Source: Myxococcota bacterium (lineage in GTDB: Bacteria; Myxococcota_A; UBA9160; UBA6930). From it: 64,000 nt of DNA. Below the pieces are notes generated by a model, which made no database searches, was not told the origin of the DNA, and worked only from the letters and a program-made list of their open reading frames with translations. Below, piece by piece: positions 29,528-39,389 of the stretch (its first letter is position 1; each line of letters opens with the position of its first letter). A program made the translations under genes and the position numbers. The stretch spans positions 3,552,001-3,616,000 of the forward strand of contig OZ245002.1 in the NCBI GenBank assembly GCA_965223415.1, in the 5' to 3' direction.

Positions 29528-30201
29528 GTTCCTTCTCCCGATGGCTCGAGCTTCTGTTCGAGGGCGGCCAGCAGGTCGCCGTACTGGTCCGTGCGCAGCC
29601 GGGCCATCACCGGCTTCGCCTTGTCGGCGAGGGCCGCCGCGCGCTCCAGCGCCGCGGGCAGCACCTCTCCTTCGGGTAGCGCCGCCTCGACGATGCCTGC
29701 GGCGGCGGCGTCCCCGCCTCCGTACCGGCGCCCGGTGACGATCACCTCGTGGGCGGTCTGTGGCGCGAGCCGCGCCCGGATGATCGCCGTCATGCCCGGG
29801 TGCAGGAACGCCCCCATGTCGATCTCCGGCATGCAGAAGTAGCCCCGGTCCGAGCGCATCAGGCGGAAGTCGTGAGCCAGCGCGATCTGGGCGCCGGCGC
29901 CGAAGGCGTGGCCGTTCATCGCCGCCACGCTGATGCAGGGCAGGTACAGCACCCGCCGGAAGAGGCCGAGCACGCTCTGCACGTAGCCGGGCATGTCGCC
30001 GCTGCCCATGCCGTAGTCGAGGTCGAGCCCGTTCGAGTAGAACTTGCCTGTCCCCACGGTCACCAGGGCCTTGGCACCCGGGGCGTCCTCGACCTCCGCG
30101 AGGGCGGCGTCCCAAGCGGCGATCATGTCCGGCCCGAAGCGGTTCTCGTCCGCGTCCATCTGGAAGACGAAGACGTCGCCTTCGCGGCGCAGCCCCGTCA
30201 C
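29524..30201 (-). CDS. Enoyl-CoA hydratase/delta-isomerase (crotonase) family protein
   Basis: [20 protein letters not shown] and [13 protein letters not shown]. Confidence 0.88.
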   Translation of the reverse strand: MTGLRREGDVFVFQMDADENRFGPDMIAAWDAALAEVEDAPGAKALVTVGTGKFYSNGLDLDYGMGSGDMPGYVQSVLGLFRRVLYLPCISVAAMNGHAFGAGAQIALAHDFRLMRSDRGYFCMPEIDMGAFLHPGMTAIIRARLAPQTAHEVIVTGRRYGGGDAAAAGIVEAALPEGEVLPAALERAAALADKAKPVMARLRTDQYGDLLAALEQKLEPSGEGT

Positions 30202-31439
30202 GCGCCGCTCCCGAAGGCCCGCTGGATCCGGTCGACCGCCTCGTCCACGTTCTCGCGGGAGTTGAAAGCCGAGATGCGGAAGTAGCCCTCGCCGGAGGGC
30301 CCGAAGCCAGAGCCGGGCGTGCCCACCACGTGGGTCTTCCCGAGCAGCGCGTCGAAGAAGTCCCACGACGAGAGGCCCTCGGGCGTGCGCAGCCAGATGT
30401 AGGGCGCGTGCACGCCCGCGAAGACCGTGAAGCCTGCCGCCGCCAGCCCTTCGCGCACCCGGCGCGCGTTCTCCAGGTAGTAGGCCACCTGCTCGCCGGT
30501 CTGCTTGCGTCCTTCCGGCGAGAACGCCGCCGCAGCGCCACGCTGGATCACGTACGGCACCTCGTTGAACTTCGTGGACTGGCGCCGCGACCAAAGCGAG
30601 TGGATCGAGACCTTCGCCCCCGCCCCGTCGCTGCCCTGGAGCGCCTTCGGCACGATCGTGTAGGCGCAGCGCATGCCGGTGAAGCCAGCCCGCTTCGAGA
30701 AGCTGCGCATCTCGATCGCGCACTCCTTCGCCTCCGGGATCTCGTAGATCGAGCGGGGCAGGACGGGATCGGAGATGAAGGCGTCGTAGGCGGCGTCGAA
30801 GAGGATCACTGCGTCGTTCGCCCGCGCCCAGGCCACCCAGGCGGCGAGCTGCTCGCGGCTCATCACGCTGCCGGTGGGGTTGTTCGGCGAGCACAGGTAG
30901 GCGAGGTCGGCGCGCTCCGCCGGCGGATTCGGGACGAAGCCGTTGGCCTCCGTGGCAGGGAGGTAGGAGATCCCCTCGTAGTAGCCGGACCCGTCGGCGC
31001 CGCCGGTGCGGCCGGCCATCACGTTCGTGTCGACGTAGACCGGGTAGACCGGGTCCGTGACCAGTACGCTGCAGTCGCTGCCGAAGATCTCCTGGATGTT
31101 GCCGCTGTCCTGCTTGCTGCCGTCGGAGACGAAGACTTCGTCGGCTTCCAGCTCGACGCCCCGGGCGCGGAAGTCGTGCTCGAGGATCGCTTCGACCAGG
31201 AACGGGTAGCCGTGCTCCGGCCCGTAGCCCTTGAAGTCCTCGGCGCGGCCCATGTCGTCCACCGCGGCGTGGAGCGCGTCGACGATGGCGGGCACGAGGG
31301 GCAGGGTGACGTCGCCGATCCCCAGCCGGATCACCGGGGCGTCCGGGTTCGCCGCCTGGTAGGCCCGCACCCGGCGGCCGATCTCCGGGAAGAGGTAGCC
31401 GGCCTCGAGCTTCAGGTAGTGGTCGTTGATGTGCGCCAT
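30198..31439 (-). CDS. dapL: LL-diaminopimelate aminotransferase
   Basis: [43 protein letters not shown] and [13 protein letters not shown]. Confidence 0.92.
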   Translation of the reverse strand: MAHINDHYLKLEAGYLFPEIGRRVRAYQAANPDAPVIRLGIGDVTLPLVPAIVDALHAAVDDMGRAEDFKGYGPEHGYPFLVEAILEHDFRARGVELEADEVFVSDGSKQDSGNIQEIFGSDCSVLVTDPVYPVYVDTNVMAGRTGGADGSGYYEGISYLPATEANGFVPNPPAERADLAYLCSPNNPTGSVMSREQLAAWVAWARANDAVILFDAAYDAFISDPVLPRSIYEIPEAKECAIEMRSFSKRAGFTGMRCAYTIVPKALQGSDGAGAKVSIHSLWSRRQSTKFNEVPYVIQRGAAAAFSPEGRKQTGEQVAYYLENARRVREGLAAAGFTVFAGVHAPYIWLRTPEGLSSWDFFDALLGKTHVVGTPGSGFGPSGEGYFRISAFNSRENVDEAVDRIQRAFGSGA

Positions 31440-31498
31440 GGCGCCGAACGATAACGCCCCCCATCGCACCCGTCCGCGCCTCCTCTACCTTCCCCGGG

Positions 31499-32623
31499 AT
31501 GTCCGGAAGCGCCCTCCCGAGGCTCGCGTGTGTCGGCCTCTGCGCCTGGCTGGCCAGCGCACCCGCTGCGCCCGCCCCGCCCACGGGCCCGGCGCCGGAG
31601 CCCTTCCTCCTGGACGCGCCGGGCCTCCGCGTCCTCGGCCCGGAGGCCCTCGCTGCGCGACCCAGCCGCTTTCCCTTCGCCGTCGGCGAGCGCCTCGACT
31701 ACGACGTCGCCTGGTGGGGCATCGCGGTGGGCCGCGCCTCCCTCGAGGTGGCCCGCCTGGTCGAGTGGCAGGGCGCCCGCCTGGCCCACGTGGTCGCCAC
31801 CGCCCGCACCAACGACTTCTTCTCCGTCTTCTACCGGGTGGACGACCGCAGCGAGTCCTGGATCGACGTCGACCGACTGCGCACCCTGCGCACCGCCACC
31901 CTCACCCGCCACGCCGACAAGGAGACCTGGGAGGAGGTCGAGTTCGACTGGACGACCCACCTCGTGCACGTGGTCGAGGAGAAGCGCCATGCGGTGCGGG
32001 TGAAGAGCGCCGTCCTCGACACCGGGCCCTTCCTCTACGACACCTTCGACGTCTTCTACGCCCTGCGCGGCCTACCCCTCGAGATCGGGCTGGCGGCGGA
32101 GCTCCCGGTATACGCCTCGCGCAAGGTCTACGGCCTGCACGTGGACGTGGAGCGCCGCGAGGCCGTGGACGATCCGGTTCTCGGCGCCACCGAGGCCTTC
32201 GTGCTGCGCCCCTACGACAGCCTCGACGGCGAGCCCCAGGACGACGGCGCCGGCGAGGTGTGGGTCGACGCCCGGGCGCCCCACGTCCCGATCCGCCTGC
32301 GCGGTTGGTTCCGCACGGTGAGCGAGCGGCTGCGGGTGGGCGGCGTGCGCGTCTCCCTGGCCGGCTACCGCGCCAGGGCCGAGGGCTGGCCCGTGCCGTC
32401 CTTCCACACCACGCCCGCACGTCCGTGGCCCGCGCGGACGAAGCGTGGCACTCCGGAGTGGGACGTGCCGCCCACGGTGGCCGCGGCCCGCGAGGCGCGC
32501 GGGGAGGCGCCGGGCAAGCAGCGTCTCGACGGGCTCCTCGCACCGCGGGAGGGCTGCGACGAGCGGCCGAGCCGCGCTTGGGCACGGGTGGCGATGGCGA
32601 CGCCGGCCTGCCCCGGAACCTGA
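31499..32623 (+). CDS. DUF3108 family exported protein
   Basis: Signal peptide, FAVGERLDYDVAWWGIAVGRASL, FYRVDDRSESW and VWVDARAPHVPIRL. Confidence 0.75.
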   Translation: MSGSALPRLACVGLCAWLASAPAAPAPPTGPAPEPFLLDAPGLRVLGPEALAARPSRFPFAVGERLDYDVAWWGIAVGRASLEVARLVEWQGARLAHVVATARTNDFFSVFYRVDDRSESWIDVDRLRTLRTATLTRHADKETWEEVEFDWTTHLVHVVEEKRHAVRVKSAVLDTGPFLYDTFDVFYALRGLPLEIGLAAELPVYASRKVYGLHVDVERREAVDDPVLGATEAFVLRPYDSLDGEPQDDGAGEVWVDARAPHVPIRLRGWFRTVSERLRVGGVRVSLAGYRARAEGWPVPSFHTTPARPWPARTKRGTPEWDVPPTVAAAREARGEAPGKQRLDGLLAPREGCDERPSRAWARVAMATPACPGT

Positions 32624-32639
32624 GGCCCGAGCGACGGGA

Positions 32640-33233
32640 ATGCCCGGCTGGAAGGCCTTCGTGCTCACCCTCACCGCCCTCGGTGCGATCTCCGCGCCCG
32701 CCGGCTGGCTCGTCACCGATCGCCTCGAGCAGGACAACGACTTCTGCGTCTCCTGCCACCTCGACGCGGACACGGCGCTCCACGAGAGCAACCACGCCGA
32801 CCTGGACACCCGCCCGCCGGAGGCCCTGGCTCCCGCCCACGCCGCCGCCGGGCACCGGGACGGCCGCGCCTTCCGCTGCATCGACTGCCATGGGGGTGCG
32901 GGCTTCGTCGGGCGCGCCCGGGTGAAGCTGCTCTCGGCCAAGGACGCCTTCTGGTACGTTGTCGGCCGATTCGAGGAGCCGGAGGGGATGCACTGGCCGC
33001 TGTGGGACGAGGACTGCGTGAAATGCCACGACACTTTCGACCCGCCCGCTCGCGAGCCGTGGGAGCCGCCGGCCTTCCATGGGCTGCCCGTCCACAACAA
33101 CGTGCTCGGCGTCGCCTGCGTCACCTGCCACGCTGCCCACGAGCGCGGCGGGCTCGCCGACCAGTTCTTCCTGCATCCCGAACCGGTGCGCGCCGCCTGC
33201 GCGGGATGTCACCCGGAGTTCGAAGAGGAGTAG
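32640..33233 (+). CDS. Membrane-anchored pentaheme c-type cytochrome with a NapC/NirT-like N-terminus
   Basis: N-terminal TM helix, then CVSCH, CIDCH, CVKCH, CVTCH and CAGCH. Confidence 0.85.
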   Translation: MPGWKAFVLTLTALGAISAPAGWLVTDRLEQDNDFCVSCHLDADTALHESNHADLDTRPPEALAPAHAAAGHRDGRAFRCIDCHGGAGFVGRARVKLLSAKDAFWYVVGRFEEPEGMHWPLWDEDCVKCHDTFDPPAREPWEPPAFHGLPVHNNVLGVACVTCHAAHERGGLADQFFLHPEPVRAACAGCHPEFEEE

Positions 33234-33239
33234 CCCGTC

Positions 33240-34046
33240 ATGACCGTTCGTCCGTTCGTCTTAGTCGTTGCCCTCGCCAGCCTGGTGCTCGTCGGCCCCG
33301 CCGGCGCCTACCCGGGTGGCACGCCCGCCTTCCAGACTGACGCCGCGCCCTTCTGCGCCGGCTGCCATTCCTCTCTGGACGAGGCGGTCTTCGCCGGCGG
33401 GACGCCGGGCTTCGCCGCCAAGCAGCTCGCCGAGAACAAGCACCTGGCCCTGATCCGGGCCGGGGAGGGCGGCTACGGGAAGCTCTCCGCCGAGCAGCGC
33501 CAGGAGCTGATCGGTCACATCCAGGCCCTGGACGCGGCCTCGACCGTCACGGTGAACGTGCTGCCCTCCGCCAAGCCCGGCGAGGAGGTCACCGTCACGG
33601 TGGACGTCACCGGCGGCGCCGGGCCGGTGGTCGGGGTCGCCCTGGTGGACGGCGCCCACCGCGCGCTGGCCCGACCCATTGCCGGCGCCGGCTGGCAGGT
33701 GATCGGGGAGCCGAAGGTGATCGGCCAGGACTTCAAGGAGCAGAGCGAGTGGCTGCACAAGCGGCCCGCCCAGGCCGGCCGGAACCTCTCCTTCGTGAAC
33801 GTGCGCGGCATCCGCTCCGATGCGGCGGCCGGGGAGTGGGGCCGGGCCCAGGTGGTGTGGAAGCTGCGGGCGCCCACCACGCCCGGAACCCATCCGCTGG
33901 CGGCCGCCTATTGGTATGGGACCGAGAAGGGCTCGCCCCTCGGCGTGATCGAGGATCCGGTTCGTGGCAAGATGCTGCGCGGGGGCTACGCCGGCGGCTC
34001 CGGCCGCGTGGTGTTCAGTGACGTGATCGGAGTGCAGGTCCGATGA
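33240..34046 (+). CDS. Secreted monoheme c protein with a C-terminal beta-sandwich (Reeler-like) domain
   Basis: Signal peptide, YPGGTP...FCAGCH, then a beta-rich region ending VVWKLRAP. Confidence 0.65.
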   Translation: MTVRPFVLVVALASLVLVGPAGAYPGGTPAFQTDAAPFCAGCHSSLDEAVFAGGTPGFAAKQLAENKHLALIRAGEGGYGKLSAEQRQELIGHIQALDAASTVTVNVLPSAKPGEEVTVTVDVTGGAGPVVGVALVDGAHRALARPIAGAGWQVIGEPKVIGQDFKEQSEWLHKRPAQAGRNLSFVNVRGIRSDAAAGEWGRAQVVWKLRAPTTPGTHPLAAAYWYGTEKGSPLGVIEDPVRGKMLRGGYAGGSGRVVFSDVIGVQVR

Positions 34047-36139
34047 AGATGCGCGCTCTCGTCCCCCTGACCGGCCTCCTGGGGGCGTGTGCGCTCCTGC
34101 CCCTCGCCGACGCGCCCTCGGCGCCGTCCGGCGTCGCCCAGGTGGACGACGCGCGGCTCGTCGCCGCCGGCGACGAGACCGGCACCTGGCTCACCTACGG
34201 TCGCACCTACAGCGAGCAGCGCTTCAGCCCCCTCGCCCAGATCGACGAGAGCAACGTGTCCGAGCTCGGTCTGGCCTGGGCCTTCGAGCCGGGCACGAAG
34301 CGCGGCCTCGAGGCCACGCCGATCGTCGTCGGGGGCACGATCTACACGACCGGCACCTGGAGCGTGATCTTCGCGATCGATGCCCGCACCGGCGATCTCA
34401 AGTGGCGCTACGACCCCCGGGTGCCGCGCGAGACTGCCGGCATCGCCTGCTGCGACGTCGTCAACCGCGGCGTCGCCGTCTACAAGGGCCGGGTGTTCGC
34501 CGGCACCCTCGACGGCCGGCTCGTCTCGCTGGACGCGGAGACCGGCGAGCTGATCTACGAGGTCGTCACCATCGACCCGAGCCGCCCCTACACCATCACC
34601 ATGGCCCCGCGCGTGGTGAAGGGGAAGGTCATCCTCGGCAACGGCGGCGCCGAGTTCGGCGTGCGCGGCTACGTGAGCGCCTACGACTGGGAGACGGGAG
34701 ACCTCGTGTGGCGCTTCTACACGGTGCCGGGCGATCCCTCCCAGCCCTTCGAGCACCCGGAGCTCGTGACGGCGGCGGAGACCTGGACCGGCGAGTGGTG
34801 GAAGGTCGGCGGCGGCGGGACCGTGTGGGATTCGGTGGCCTACGACCCGGAGCTCGACCTGCTCTACGTCGGCACCGGCAACGGCTCGCCCTGGAGCCGC
34901 TACGTGCGCAGCCCCGGCGGCGGCGACAACCTCTACGTCTGCTCGATCCTGGCCCTGGACCCGGATACCGGCCGCCTCGTCTGGCACTACCAGACGACCC
35001 CCGGCGACAACTGGGACTTCACCTCCACCCAGCACATCATGCTCGCCGATCTCGACATCGGCGGCCGCGAGCGCAAGGTGCTGATGCAGGCGCCGAAGAA
35101 CGGCTTCTTCTACGTGCTCGACCGGGAGACCGGCGAGCTGATCTCGGCGGAGGCCTTCGCCAAGGTCACCTGGGCCGAGGGCATCGACCCGGCGACCGGT
35201 CGGCCCGTCGAAGTAGAGGGGCTCGACTACCGCAAGGAGATCGTCGAGATCTACCCCTCGCCCCACGGCGCCCACAACTGGCACCCGATGTCCTTCAACC
35301 CGGACACCGGGCTCGTCTACATCCCGACCCACGAGGTGCCCTACTTCTTCCGGCTCGATCCGGAGTACGACTACAAGCCCGGCGCCTGGAACCTGGGCTA
35401 CGACTTCACCGTCGCCGACGACTTTCCCCGCGACGTGGTGTCCGGACACCTGCTCGCCTGGGACCCGGTCGCCCAGAAGGAGGTGTGGCGCGCCCAGTAC
35501 ACGGGCCCGTGGAACGGCGGGACGCTCTCGACCGCCGGCAACCTGGTCTTCCAGGGCACCGCCCACGGCACCTTCGCCGCCTACCGGGCCAGCGACGGCA
35601 CGCCGCTTTGGGAGACCCCCGCTGGCACCGGCATCGTGGCGGCGCCCGTCACCTACGAGCTGGACGGTGAGCAGTACGTCGCCGTGATGGCCGGTTGGGG
35701 CGGAGCCTTTGCCCTGGCCGCCGGCGACGCCGCCGCGGCCGCCGGCACCACCGACAACACGGGACGGCTGCTGGTCTTCAGGCGCGGCGGAACGGCAAAG
35801 CTCCCCGTCCACGAGGCGGTGGAGCGCGAGCTCGCCGCCATCCCGGCCGCGCTCGACGCCGACCAGGTGCAGCGCGGCAACCACCTCTTCCACCGCTGGT
35901 GCGGCACCTGCCACGGCCCCGGCGTGAAGAGCGGCGGCGTCCTGCCCGACCTGCGCAAGGCCGAGCCCGGTATCTACGACACCCTCGAGGACATCGTGCT
36001 GAACGGGACGCGCATTCCCAACGGCATGCCGCGCTTCGACGCGTGGCTCGGCCCCGAGGACGTGGCCGACCTCCGGGCCTACATCCTGAGTCGCAGGGCG
36101 GCGCTGCTCGCGGAGCGGGCCGCCGCCGAGAGTCCCTGA
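34043..36139 (+). CDS. PQQ-dependent quinohemoprotein alcohol dehydrogenase (type II)
   Basis: [12 protein letters not shown], vicinal [42 protein letters not shown] and C-terminal CGTCH heme. Confidence 0.93.
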   Translation: MKMRALVPLTGLLGACALLPLADAPSAPSGVAQVDDARLVAAGDETGTWLTYGRTYSEQRFSPLAQIDESNVSELGLAWAFEPGTKRGLEATPIVVGGTIYTTGTWSVIFAIDARTGDLKWRYDPRVPRETAGIACCDVVNRGVAVYKGRVFAGTLDGRLVSLDAETGELIYEVVTIDPSRPYTITMAPRVVKGKVILGNGGAEFGVRGYVSAYDWETGDLVWRFYTVPGDPSQPFEHPELVTAAETWTGEWWKVGGGGTVWDSVAYDPELDLLYVGTGNGSPWSRYVRSPGGGDNLYVCSILALDPDTGRLVWHYQTTPGDNWDFTSTQHIMLADLDIGGRERKVLMQAPKNGFFYVLDRETGELISAEAFAKVTWAEGIDPATGRPVEVEGLDYRKEIVEIYPSPHGAHNWHPMSFNPDTGLVYIPTHEVPYFFRLDPEYDYKPGAWNLGYDFTVADDFPRDVVSGHLLAWDPVAQKEVWRAQYTGPWNGGTLSTAGNLVFQGTAHGTFAAYRASDGTPLWETPAGTGIVAAPVTYELDGEQYVAVMAGWGGAFALAAGDAAAAAGTTDNTGRLLVFRRGGTAKLPVHEAVERELAAIPAALDADQVQRGNHLFHRWCGTCHGPGVKSGGVLPDLRKAEPGIYDTLEDIVLNGTRIPNGMPRFDAWLGPEDVADLRAYILSRRAALLAERAAAESP

Positions 36140-36150
36140 AGGAGAACCTC

Positions 36151-37425
36151 GTGCAACCGAAGGAAGTGCTCGCCGCCGACGAGATCGACCTCGCCGATCC
36201 CCTCTTCTGGGTGCGTCCCGCCGAGGAACGCGAGGGCGCCTTCCAGACCCTGCGGCGCGAGCGGCCCATCTCCTTCCACGAGGAGAAGCAGCTGCTCCCC
36301 GAGCTGCCGAGTGGCCCGGGCTTCTACGCGCTGACGCGCCACGCGGACATCCTGGAGGCCAGCCGCAACGCCGACGTCTTCTGCTCCGGCCGCGGCACCC
36401 AGATCGCCGACATGCCCGAGAGTTTCAACGAGTTCTTCGGCTCCATGATCAACATGGACGACCCGGCCCACGGCCGCCTGCGCCGCATCGTGAATCGGGG
36501 ATTCACGAAGCACGCCCTGGCGCGCATCGAAGCGGACGTCGAGCGCCGTGCGAAGGACGTGGTCGACGCGGTCATCGAGAAGGGCGGGTGCGACTTCGTC
36601 TCCGAGATCGCTGCGCCGCTGCCGCTCGGGATCATCTGCGACATGATGGGCATCCCCGAGAGCCAGGAGCGCTTCGTCTTCGACCAGACCAACGTCATCC
36701 TGGGCCTCGGCGATCCGGACTACGTGCAGCCCGGCAAGAGCCCCATCGTCGCCGCCCTCGAGGCCGGCGGCGCCCTCGCGACGCTGATGAAGGAGCTGGC
36801 CGAGCTGCGCAAGCGCGAGCCCGGAGACGACCTGACCTCGAAGCTCGTGAACGCCGAGGTGGAGGGAGAGACCCTTGAGCACGCCGAGCTGGCCAGCTTC
36901 TTCGTGCTTCTGGTGGTGGCCGGCAACGAGACCACCCGCAACGGAATCAGCCACGGTATGAAGGCCCTGTGCGACTTCCCGGACGAGCGCGCGAAGTGGG
37001 TGGCAGACTTCGAGGGCGTCGCCCCGACTGCCATCGAGGAGATCGTCCGCTGGGCCAGCCCGGTGATCCACTTCCGCCGCACCGTCACCCGCGACACGGC
37101 GCTCTCGGGCCAGGAGCTCCGGGAAGGCGACAAGGTCGTCCTCTGGTACGGCTCGGGAAATCGGGACGAGGACGCCTTCACCGATCCCTACCGCTTCGAC
37201 GTGACCCGCACCCCCAACGAGCACGTGGGCTTCGGCGGCCCCGGCCCCCACTTCTGCCTGGGCGCGAACCTGGCCCGTCGCGAGATGAAGGTGATGTTCC
37301 GCGAGATCTTCCGGCGGCTGCCGGACCTCACGATCACCGGCCCGCCGGAGCGGCTGCTCTCGGCGTTCATCCACGGGATCAAGCGGATGCCGTGTGCGTT
37401 CACGCCCGGGGGCGTGGGGTCGTAG
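36151..37425 (+). CDS. Cytochrome P450 (CYP124/CYP125-like)
   Basis: MINMDDPAHGRLR, VAGNETT, EEIVRWASPV and heme motif GFGGPGPHFCLG. Confidence 0.93.
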   Translation: MQPKEVLAADEIDLADPLFWVRPAEEREGAFQTLRRERPISFHEEKQLLPELPSGPGFYALTRHADILEASRNADVFCSGRGTQIADMPESFNEFFGSMINMDDPAHGRLRRIVNRGFTKHALARIEADVERRAKDVVDAVIEKGGCDFVSEIAAPLPLGIICDMMGIPESQERFVFDQTNVILGLGDPDYVQPGKSPIVAALEAGGALATLMKELAELRKREPGDDLTSKLVNAEVEGETLEHAELASFFVLLVVAGNETTRNGISHGMKALCDFPDERAKWVADFEGVAPTAIEEIVRWASPVIHFRRTVTRDTALSGQELREGDKVVLWYGSGNRDEDAFTDPYRFDVTRTPNEHVGFGGPGPHFCLGANLARREMKVMFREIFRRLPDLTITGPPERLLSAFIHGIKRMPCAFTPGGVGS

Positions 37426-37626
37426 GAGATCTGCGGCTTCGAGCCGGGGCGGGCGGACCTGGCGCTCCGGGTCAGACAGGGCACAGTAGTGGCGACGGTT
37501 CGGTGGCCCCACCGGTCAAGTGGGTCTGTCGAGGGGGCTCTCGCAAGGGACCTCACCGAGGTCGTGTGCTCGTGGCGTTCAGCTGGCAGCCCCGGACAGG
37601 CGGCGACGGGCTTTCCTCGGTCTCCG

Positions 37627-38529
37627 CTACCGGGTTCCCTCCACCGATACATGCACCGTCGCCATCCCCTGGTAGCTCTCGGAACCCGGGAGCCCGAGTT
37701 CGATAGCTGCTGCCCTGGACAATCGGATCTGCAATCCATCAACGTTTCCGCGTTGAACTCCCATGAGCAAGATGCCGCCTATGCTTCTGGCGTCGTGGAC
37801 CTTGAGAACCGTCTCGAACGGATAGTAGCTACCGCAGCCAAGCCAACCGTAGTCCGTTTCTCTGGCCTCGTTAGGGATCACAACGACCGCTTGTTTGGCT
37901 TCGTGGTCGAAGAGCTTTCCGCATGTGGTACCCTCGCCGTCGTGTTTCTTCGCCAGAACAACAGCCGTGGCGGGGACCGGCACCTTCCCGAACGACACGA
38001 CGCTTGACGCGTCGACGGTTCGCGGGTTTGTGTAGGTACCGAACTCTCGGACTAGATCAGCACGAAACCGCTCGAGTAGGGCAGCGTAGAAGGCCCCACG
38101 GTCCAGGAGCTGAGCGAACTCGTCCTTCTCGGCCGTCGTCATGGTTTCCCAGATCTCGGGTTCTATCCCCTGCTTGACTTCAGGAAGTTGGGCCAAGCCG
38201 AGTTTCTGGAAGTGCGGTGTGAACGTGGAGAAGCGCGACGCAGCTGGATACAGATGTTCCAAGACCGGCTGTGCTGCGATCTGCGGCTTCAGGAACCCGA
38301 GCGAAAAGAGACAGAGGAGGCCTGCAAGGAACGCGACGCCGATCTTCGCCTTCGACTTCCAGAAGTCGAGGGCCGCAGCGTCCGCGATGGCTCTGATGTC
38401 CGCGTCGGACTTCCTCTCTTGACTCAACCGGATCTGTTGGGCAGAGAGCTCCCCAAGTTGACGCTCAACCGCCGTCAGGAGGGTCGCTGAATACTGCTCG
38501 AAGTCGCCGGACGAAGAACTCATCCTCAT
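37627..38529 (-). CDS. Hypothetical single-pass membrane protein in a lower-GC islet
   Basis: 300-aa ORF with a coiled N-terminus and one TM segment (IGVAFLAGLLCLFSLGFL). Its start overlaps the upstream stop (ATGA). Confidence 0.55.
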   Translation of the reverse strand: MRMSSSSGDFEQYSATLLTAVERQLGELSAQQIRLSQERKSDADIRAIADAAALDFWKSKAKIGVAFLAGLLCLFSLGFLKPQIAAQPVLEHLYPAASRFSTFTPHFQKLGLAQLPEVKQGIEPEIWETMTTAEKDEFAQLLDRGAFYAALLERFRADLVREFGTYTNPRTVDASSVVSFGKVPVPATAVVLAKKHDGEGTTCGKLFDHEAKQAVVVIPNEARETDYGWLGCGSYYPFETVLKVHDARSIGGILLMGVQRGNVDGLQIRLSRAAAIELGLPGSESYQGMATVHVSVEGTR

Positions 38530-38984
38530 CTCTCCTCGACGCTACGTGCGCGTTGGTCCCCAAGGTCCTCGAGTTCGCCCAGGATGTCGTCGCCTTCTAG
38601 GACTTCGGCCGCGGCATACGTGAGGTTGCCGTCGTCGTAGCGCGATGCTCGCCAGGACAGCCAGCGATACTCGCCGGTCTTCGAGCGGTATCGATTGCGG
38701 AAGTCCGCGACTCCATGCTTGTGAAGATCGCCGGCTGCCGCTTGGGTGGCGTCACGGTCGTGTGGGTGGACGAGTTCGAGGTATGGCTTGCCTTCCATCG
38801 AGTGCGGTGCTCGCCCCAGCTCCACCTCCCAGGCGCGATTGGCCTTGACGCAGATCCCGTTTGCGTCTGCGATCAGCAGGAGCAGGGGCGACTCGAAAAA
38901 GAAGGGTTCCACATCCGCTGTCCGGAGCTGGCCTTGGAGATAGAGCTTCTCGGTCAGCTCGCGTAGACGATCCAAGGCGTCCAT
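38526..38984 (-). CDS. Stand-alone PAS domain protein
   Basis: LIADANGICVKANRAWE, LELVHPHDRDAT and FRNRYRSKTGEYRWLSW (PAS/PAC). Probable start MDALDRL. Confidence 0.75.
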   Translation of the reverse strand: MDALDRLRELTEKLYLQGQLRTADVEPFFFESPLLLLIADANGICVKANRAWEVELGRAPHSMEGKPYLELVHPHDRDATQAAAGDLHKHGVADFRNRYRSKTGEYRWLSWRASRYDDGNLTYAAAEVLEGDDILGELEDLGDQRARSVEER

Positions 38985-39389
38985 GGCAGATCTCCGAAGG
39001 CGCCGGCTTGGGCGACCGCCGCCCCGATTCGATGGCGACACCTCAATGCTAAGCCTGGCCGGTGGCAGTCCGATGTGAACCGCTTCACACCGAGCGACCT
39101 CTCGTTCTTCCTGGGAGCTTCTCCCGAGTGATGCCCTGGTGTTCGGTGCCGAAGGCTCCGCCAAGTCAACCTCAGTCGCGCGTGGGGGACCTTCGCCCGG
39201 CAGGTAGGCCAGCCGCGGCGGTCTAAGGTGCCCAGCCTAAATGGGGTGGGAGGCGGGGTGCCTCAGTCCAACGCCGATCCGGCCCAGACCAAGCGCTCGC
39301 GTCGCGCAGGCGAGGCCCACGCGCACCTGCCGTGAACCCGGCCCCGGGCCGTGCCACAATGGACGCCTTCGTTCTGGAGGGAACCCGTC

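Noticed and set aside
34995..35035. Lanthanide-dependent PQQ alcohol dehydrogenase
   Set aside because: The active-site segment is WDFT, lacking the extra Asp two residues after the catalytic Asp (DxD) of XoxF/ExaF/PedH. This fits a Ca-type enzyme.
37430..37626. Possible ncRNA or att site at the islet boundary
   Set aside because: Only short hairpins are present, and no repeat matches the other boundary near 39200.
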